In this document: positions 59,001 through 64,000 of the stretch, piece after piece
Layout of the letters: each line of letters begins with the position of its first letter
Numbering within the stretch: position 1 is the stretch's first letter
Origin: an uncultured archaeon
GTDB taxonomy: Archaea > Asgardarchaeota > Heimdallarchaeia > Heimdallarchaeales > Kariarchaeaceae
Length of the DNA stretch: 64,000 nucleotides
Reading direction: 5' to 3'
Assembly: GCA_964645535.1 (NCBI GenBank)
Contig: CAZYCQ010000003.1
Location: 43,328-107,327, forward strand
The notes under the pieces: model-generated
What the model saw: the letters and a program-made list of their open reading frames with translations, nothing else
Databases searched by the model: none
Told to the model about the DNA's origin: nothing
Position numbers and translations under genes: made by a program

Positions 59001-59304
59001 TGACTGCATTGATAAATGAGTTCATGAAACCAATATTTGTTGGATTTGCTTCTCTGACAGGTGGCATCTCCAAATTGGTATAAATCTGTCTATCAATTTC
59101 TCTCTCCCAGAGGATTGTCTCTTCTCTCGATCCAAAGGATTGGTCTAAATATTCAACCTCAACCAAGTGAAGGTTTTTTGAATTCTCTTCCATGGAATCA
59201 GACTTTTCTGAGGTCACAGATACTACAACCGCCCTGCGGCCACGGACTCTGACAAGCTGACCGGCTTGGGGAATTTCGGGGGAATTTTCGTAACTCCCTC
59301 TCAT
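56065..59304 (-). CDS. SNF2-family helicase/ATPase (DrmD-like), 1079 aa
   Basis: [15 protein letters not shown] (DGVGLGKT = 58825-58848), IVDEAHNF (DEAH = 58492-58503), [38 protein letters not shown]. The C-terminal ~430 aa is unassigned and includes a Lys/Glu-rich coiled-coil-like stretch. The stop overlaps the MTase start (ATGA, 56065-56068). Confidence 0.9.
   Translation of the reverse strand: [1079 protein letters not shown]
56073..56080 (-). promoter_or_regulatory. Shine-Dalgarno GGAGGTGA for the large methyltransferase
   Basis: The minus strand reads GGAGGTGAAATT-ATG. It lies inside the 3' end of the SNF2 gene. Confidence 0.5.
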
Positions 59305-59330
59305 TGTATACAGGAAATTTTAATCAGGAG

Positions 59331-59338
59331 TTTTTAAA
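59331..59338 (-). promoter_or_regulatory. TATA-like box (minus strand TTTAAAAA) for the SNF2-MTase-helicase operon
   Basis: Centred ~30 nt upstream of the SNF2 ATG (59304). It lies in a 192-bp divergent intergenic region. Confidence 0.35.
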
Positions 59339-59496
59339 CTTAATTCGTTAAAGGAAGATTTTTTGTAACATGATCGACAAATTTTCATATACCAGTTTCC
59401 TTTTTACCATTTAGCGTGATGTTGGAAGCAAAACCCCTATGTTGACTTCATCCCCCTTTATGCCTTAGAATGAAAAACAAAAGAACATAAAGGAAT

Positions 59497-59904
59497 TTGA
59501 TTTTAACGGACTTTATGAACGTAATGATTTCCAACTTCGATCGGACTATCCAGGTTCTACAATTGGCTCATCATTTGAATGAAGTAGATGTTTATTTCAG
59601 GTCTGGAGCAAACTGGATCATAATTGGGGAATTCCTAATGTCAAGGGCAATGCTTCAAATCATGTTGGCAGAAAACCGACAAACCACCTCTATTATCTAT
59701 GGGAATTTTCATTTGTTCGAGATGATGGTCAGGAATCAAAGTAAAATCAGGGGAAAAAATCCCCAGGATTTGAGAAAGCGGGATTATTTTGCAATTCTTG
59801 TCAAGAGGGGAGAACGTATTTTCACCTATCCATTAAAATGGATGTTCGAGGAAGGCGACATTGTCCTTCTTGTTCGAAAGCGACGATTAGTTGAAAAATA
59901 TTGA
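59497..59904 (+). CDS. Small hypothetical protein with a possible TrkA-C/RCK_C-like C-terminus
   Basis: 135-aa ORF with a TTG start in the ORF track. The C-terminal DYFAILVKRGERIFTYPLKWMFEEGDIVLLV resembles the TrkA_C fold pattern. Weak. Confidence 0.35.
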   Translation: MILTDFMNVMISNFDRTIQVLQLAHHLNEVDVYFRSGANWIIIGEFLMSRAMLQIMLAENRQTTSIIYGNFHLFEMMVRNQSKIRGKNPQDLRKRDYFAILVKRGERIFTYPLKWMFEEGDIVLLVRKRRLVEKY

Positions 59905-59986
59905 GAAATTGCAATCAAGATACTTGTTCCATCAAAAATTTACTTAACAGAACCAAACCATTTTTTAGATTAAATCAAAAAAGAGC

Positions 59987-62900
59987 TTGAGAAATATGCA
60001 GAGGTATGCCGAACCCGAGGTTTACAAGTCAAAGCACGCAATACGAATTGTCACTGCGGCAGCACTGTTTGACGGCCATGACGCAGCAATTAACATAATG
60101 CGACGGATTCTTCAGGATTCCGGTGCTGAGGTCATCCACCTAGGCCATAACAGAAGCGTAAAGGACATAGTCAAGGCCGCAATCCAAGAAGATGCACAGG
60201 GCATTGCCGTGTCAAGCTATCAGGGAGGTCATATGGAATTTTTCAAGTATATGAAGGACCTTCTTCGAAAATTCGGTGCGGATCACATAAAAATCTTCGG
60301 GGGAGGTGGCGGTGTTATTGTTCCTTCTGAAATTGAGGAATTGGAGGCTTATGGGATTACCAAAATTTTCTCGCCTGATGACGGGAGGGTTATGGGACTT
60401 CAAGGGATGATTAATTTCATTCTCAAGGAATGTGACTTCGATACAAGCCAATATTCCCCAAAGAAATTCGATCCAAGTGATTTGGAAGAGGAATGGAGAT
60501 TCACAGCAGGAACCATTACAAAGGCAGAAAATGACAAGCTCGAAGATCTAAAGATAATTGAGAAAGGAAGGCAAAAACGGATCCCCGTAATTGGAATAAC
60601 AGGAACAGGAGGGGCAGGAAAATCCTCGCTTACAGACGAATTGGCAAGACGATTTCTGATGGACTTTCCTGAAAAAACCATGGCCATTATCTCAATAGAC
60701 CCTTCCAAGAGGAAGACAGGAGGGGCGTTACTTGCAGATCGTATTAGAATGAACACGCTAAGCCATACAGATAAGATCTACATGAGATCTTTGGCAACAA
60801 GGCAGGCAAACTTGGCAGTATCTAAAGCGGCTGATGAGGCAATAGACATTTGTAAGTTTGTCGGCTATGACTTCATCATTGTTGAGACTTCTGGAATCGG
60901 ACAATCAGATACTGAAATCGTTGATCTAAGTGATGTCTCGATATATGTCATGACATCAGAATATGGTGCAGCCACCCAACTTGAGAAAATTGACATGATA
61001 GATTATGCAGACATCATCGTCATCAACAAATTCGAGAGGCAGGGATCTTTGGATGCACTTCGCGATGTAAGAAAGCAATATCGACGGTCAAGAAAACTTT
61101 TCGATACCGAGGCATATCCTGATGAACAACTTCCTGTTTTCGGAACTATGGCCAGCAAGTTCAATGATCCCGGAGTGAATGCCCTCTATCTCCATCTTAT
61201 CGGATTGGTTGATGAGCGATTCCCAGAAGTGGATTTCAAATCTCATTTATTGGATCTAGCTGATTTTCCGGTCGGACTTTCGAAACAGGAAAGCATTATT
61301 CCTCCAAATCGCATTCGGTATTTATCCGAAATTGCAGATACAGTACGGACATACAAACAGTGGGCAAAACAGCAAGCAGAGTTCGCCAGAAAATGGTGGC
61401 AACTGGAAGAAGTCAAGAAATCCATTCTCAAGGGAACTGAACCAGTAGATCCCAGAAGTGATGAACCTCGACCTCCATTTATTGAAAGAATACCCGATGG
61501 AATGCTAGAATTACTGGATCAACAGATTGAATGGTATCAATCCCAGTTGACACCAGAAAACAGGGAGCTAATTCTTAATTGGGAAGCCCTTAAACAGCGG
61601 TATGCCGAGGATGAATACGTCTATCTTGTTCGTGGAAAAGAGGTTCGAGTTCAGACATTTACGGAATCTTTGGCTCACCAAAGGATTCCCAAAGTAGCCT
61701 TCCCCAATTTTGTTGATTGGGGGGAGATCTTGGAGTGGCAACTTCTTGAAAATGTCCCAGGAAGGTTTCCGTTCACTGCCGGAGTGTACCCCTTCAAACG
61801 AACAAATGAAGACCCGACAAGGATGTTTGCGGGAGAAGGACCTCCGGAAAGAACCAATAAGAGGTTCCATTACCTGTCAAAAGATTCTAAGGCAGCCCGG
61901 CTAAGTACAGCTTTTGATTCAGTTACACTGTATGGGGAAGACCCCCATGAAAGACCAGACATCTATGGAAAAATAGGTGAAAGCGGAGTCTCAATCTGTA
62001 CAGTCGATGATATGGAAAGGTTGTATGCAGGATTTGACCTATGTGATCCATCGACTTCGGTTAGTATGACAATTAACGGCCCCGCACCCATTATGCTTGC
62101 ATTCTTTTTCACAACAGCCATTAGGCAGCAATGCAGGAAATGGGTCGTTGATCAAGGGCTTCTTAGTCCAGCCGAAGCATTTGTAAGGACGGGAGACGGG
62201 AGATACGGGTTCAATGTTCATAGTGGAGAATGGTGGGTTGTCGATGAAAACACCCCTCCTCTGAAGCCATGGGAAGAGATAAGGAAATTGATCCCCGATG
62301 AGGTTTATGAGGAATTGAAGGCAAAGGCAATGTCTGTAGTCAGGGGAACTGTACAGGCCGATATCCTGAAGGAAGATCAAGCACAGAACACTTGCATTTT
62401 CTCAACTGACTTTTCCTTGCGAATGATGGGAGATATTCAAGAATTCTTTGTGGAAAACAATGTCAAAAACTATTATTCGGTCTCGATATCAGGATATCAT
62501 ATAGCGGAAGCAGGAGCAAATCCGATAACACAAGTTGCGTTCACTTTGGCAAATGGATTTACCTATTTGGAATATTACCTCTCCAGAGGACTCCATATTG
62601 ATGATTTTGCCCCGAATTTCTCATTCTTCTTCAGCAATGGTCTTGATCCTGAGTACAGTGTCATAGGAAGGGTTGCAAGAAGAATCTGGGCAATTGCTGT
62701 GAAGAACAAATATAAAGGAAACAAGAGAAGCCAGATGTTGAAATATCACATTCAAACAAGTGGAAGAAGTCTCCATGCCCAAGAAGTTGACTTCAACGAC
62801 ATCAGGACAACCCTTCAAGCGTTACTTGCAATCTATGACAACTGCAATTCCTTGCATACCAATGCCTATGATGAGGCAGTTACTACACCAACAGAAGAAT

Positions 62901-63445
62901 CAGTTAGGAGAGCAATGGCAATTCAATTGATCATCAACCGTGAGTTTGGTGTGGCTAAAAACGAGAACCCAAACCAAGGTTCCTTCATTATCAATGAATT
63001 GACAGAATTGGTTGAAGAAGCGATCCTTGCGGAATTTGATCGACTGACTTCAAGAGGAGGAGTTCTGGGAGCCATGGAAACACAGTATCAACGGAGTAAA
63101 ATCCAAGAGGAATCCTTGTATTATGAAACTCTTAAAAACACTGGAGAACTTCCCATTATCGGAGTCAATACATTTTTGGATCCCAATCGGAAACCTAACG
63201 AATTGGAAGTCAGAGAACTCGTCAGAGCCACAAAAGAAGAAAAGGACATGCAGATCAGGAGACTTAGGGAGTTTCAAGAAAAACATAAAGAAGAAGCCCA
63301 AAAAGCTCTTAAAAAATTACAGCAGGTTGCAATAAGTGGAGGAAACATTTTTGCCGAACTGCTTAATACAGTCCAGTATTGTTCCTTGGGTCAAATCAGC
63401 AAGGCTTTATATCAAGTGGGTGGAGAATACCGAAGAAATCTCTAA
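59987..63445 (+). CDS. icmF: Fused isobutyryl-CoA/methylmalonyl-CoA-type mutase (B12-binding domain + MeaB-like G-protein + mutase catalytic domain)
   Basis: N-terminal B12 domain [38 protein letters not shown] (DxHxxG). Central P-loop [13 protein letters not shown] with INKFE (NKxD-like). C-terminal TIM-barrel blocks [12 protein letters not shown] and [17 protein letters not shown]. The likely start is the ATG at 59996 rather than the TTG at 59987. Confidence 0.9.
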   Translation: MRNMQRYAEPEVYKSKHAIRIVTAAALFDGHDAAINIMRRILQDSGAEVIHLGHNRSVKDIVKAAIQEDAQGIAVSSYQGGHMEFFKYMKDLLRKFGADHIKIFGGGGGVIVPSEIEELEAYGITKIFSPDDGRVMGLQGMINFILKECDFDTSQYSPKKFDPSDLEEEWRFTAGTITKAENDKLEDLKIIEKGRQKRIPVIGITGTGGAGKSSLTDELARRFLMDFPEKTMAIISIDPSKRKTGGALLADRIRMNTLSHTDKIYMRSLATRQANLAVSKAADEAIDICKFVGYDFIIVETSGIGQSDTEIVDLSDVSIYVMTSEYGAATQLEKIDMIDYADIIVINKFERQGSLDALRDVRKQYRRSRKLFDTEAYPDEQLPVFGTMASKFNDPGVNALYLHLIGLVDERFPEVDFKSHLLDLADFPVGLSKQESIIPPNRIRYLSEIADTVRTYKQWAKQQAEFARKWWQLEEVKKSILKGTEPVDPRSDEPRPPFIERIPDGMLELLDQQIEWYQSQLTPENRELILNWEALKQRYAEDEYVYLVRGKEVRVQTFTESLAHQRIPKVAFPNFVDWGEILEWQLLENVPGRFPFTAGVYPFKRTNEDPTRMFAGEGPPERTNKRFHYLSKDSKAARLSTAFDSVTLYGEDPHERPDIYGKIGESGVSICTVDDMERLYAGFDLCDPSTSVSMTINGPAPIMLAFFFTTAIRQQCRKWVVDQGLLSPAEAFVRTGDGRYGFNVHSGEWWVVDENTPPLKPWEEIRKLIPDEVYEELKAKAMSVVRGTVQADILKEDQAQNTCIFSTDFSLRMMGDIQEFFVENNVKNYYSVSISGYHIAEAGANPITQVAFTLANGFTYLEYYLSRGLHIDDFAPNFSFFFSNGLDPEYSVIGRVARRIWAIAVKNKYKGNKRSQMLKYHIQTSGRSLHAQEVDFNDIRTTLQALLAIYDNCNSLHTNAYDEAVTTPTEESVRRAMAIQLIINREFGVAKNENPNQGSFIINELTELVEEAILAEFDRLTSRGGVLGAMETQYQRSKIQEESLYYETLKNTGELPIIGVNTFLDPNRKPNELEVRELVRATKEEKDMQIRRLREFQEKHKEEAQKALKKLQQVAISGGNIFAELLNTVQYCSLGQISKALYQVGGEYRRNL

Positions 63446-64000
63446 ATAGATAATAGGCCAATGAATATCAGCAAAATTCCAAGAATAAGAGTGACAAGAG
63501 CAAAGTTAACTTTTCTAGCAAATTGCAGAAGAGCTTGAATCGTCAATAAGCCACCAAGAAAAGCAACAATGATGCCAAATACCAAGCCCATCAAACTAAG
63601 TGAGTTATTATCGGCAGGTGCCTGAAGGATATCAAGCAAATCTAGGAAGGTACCTCCCAGAACTGCGGGAACTGACATCAGGAAAGATCCTCTAAATGAT
63701 TCTTCAGGATTGACCTTATTCAGGAGTAAGGCAGAAACCGTAGTTCCAGATCGGCTGATACCAGGGATTATGGTAAACCCTTGAGCCATTCCTATCAGGA
63801 TCTCTTGACCAGGAGATAAATCATGGAGATCCAGAATCTTATTTTCTTCCATAGAACGTGAATAATAAATCAATGCAGAAGTTATCAAGAGTGAAACACC
63901 AATTAGCAAATAACCAAGGACAGTCAACAACTTTGGATCAATTATATCAAGAAGCAGTATCTTTATGGGTAGTCCAGTTATTGCTGTCCCAATGGTCGTC
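63442..64000 (-). CDS. uppP: Undecaprenyl-diphosphatase (BacA/UppP), N-terminus outside the window
   Basis: [24 protein letters not shown] motif. The reading frame stays open from 63930 to the window edge (…[28 protein letters not shown]), so the gene is truncated by the window. Confidence 0.85.
   Translation of the reverse strand, partial: TTIGTAITGLPIKILLLDIIDPKLLTVLGYLLIGVSLLITSALIYYSRSMEENKILDLHDLSPGQEILIGMAQGFTIIPGISRSGTTVSALLLNKVNPEESFRGSFLMSVPAVLGGTFLDLLDILQAPADNNSLSLMGLVFGIIVAFLGGLLTIQALLQFARKVNFALVTLILGILLIFIGLLSI

Noticed and set aside
45019-59304. BREX (PglX-type methyltransferase) interpretation of the defence island
   Set aside because: The large MTase resembles PglX. However, no PglZ phosphatase, BrxC/PglY ATPase, BrxL/Lon or BrxA/B-like ORFs exist in or around the locus.
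45019-59304. Classical type I or type III restriction-modification interpretation
   Set aside because: There is no HsdS-like specificity gene and no Res-type subunit with the expected layout. The helicase carries a DUF1998-like module and the ATPase is SNF2-type, neither of which is typical of type I or III systems.
45019-59496. The island as a demonstrable mobile element
   Set aside because: I saw no integrase, transposase, flanking tRNA or terminal direct repeats. A compositional shift could not be computed by eye. Horizontal origin remains possible but is unsupported here.
60212-62380. Minus-strand ORFs (79-118 aa) inside icmF
   Set aside because: They are antisense to a gene with continuous, highly characteristic mutase and G-protein motifs. 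No independent support.
1-64000. CRISPR arrays, rRNA or tRNA genes
   Set aside because: I read the intergenic regions (7627-7748, 17207-17848, 19028-19175, 34175-34403, 37478-37719, 45967-46291, 59305-59496, 59905-59986). There were no regularly spaced direct repeats, no cloverleaf-compatible GC-rich ~75-nt segments, and no rRNA-like sequence.

Overview
This is a gene-dense chromosomal segment that looks archaeal, at roughly 40% GC by eye (not computed). I support 36 protein-coding genes. I saw no rRNA, tRNA, CRISPR array, integrase or transposase. Several features point to an archaeon. AT-rich TATA-like boxes sit about 26-30 nt upstream of several start codons, a leaderless-type spacing. GGAGGTGA-type Shine-Dalgarno sequences appear only at operon-internal genes. 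The gene set includes a TrmB-type regulator, an archaeal-type ValRS, QueC and a Urm1/SAMP-like protein ending in GG. A Ras/Rab-like small GTPase and a giant integrin-like surface protein are consistent with an Asgard-group genome, but that cannot be proven from this window. Housekeeping and metabolic content is as follows: EtfAB, an acyl-CoA carboxyltransferase, fused isobutyryl/methylmalonyl-CoA mutase (IcmF), class II fumarase, NhaA, UppP, three peptidases (M13, S9, S8), HAD/SDR enzymes, and a MacB/FtsX-type ABC system. The main result is a defence-type island at 45.0-59.3 kb on the minus strand. It holds a translationally coupled three-gene operon: an SNF2 ATPase, a 1502-aa N6-adenine methyltransferase, and a 1752-aa DEAH helicase fused to a DUF1998-like Cys module and a Vsr/DUF559-like nuclease tail. 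A separately promoted SPPY methyltransferase lies next to it. The gene content resembles class 1 DISARM and Druantia, but the architecture matches no described system that I recognise. All domain calls come from reading motifs in the translations. No HMM or BLAST search could be run.
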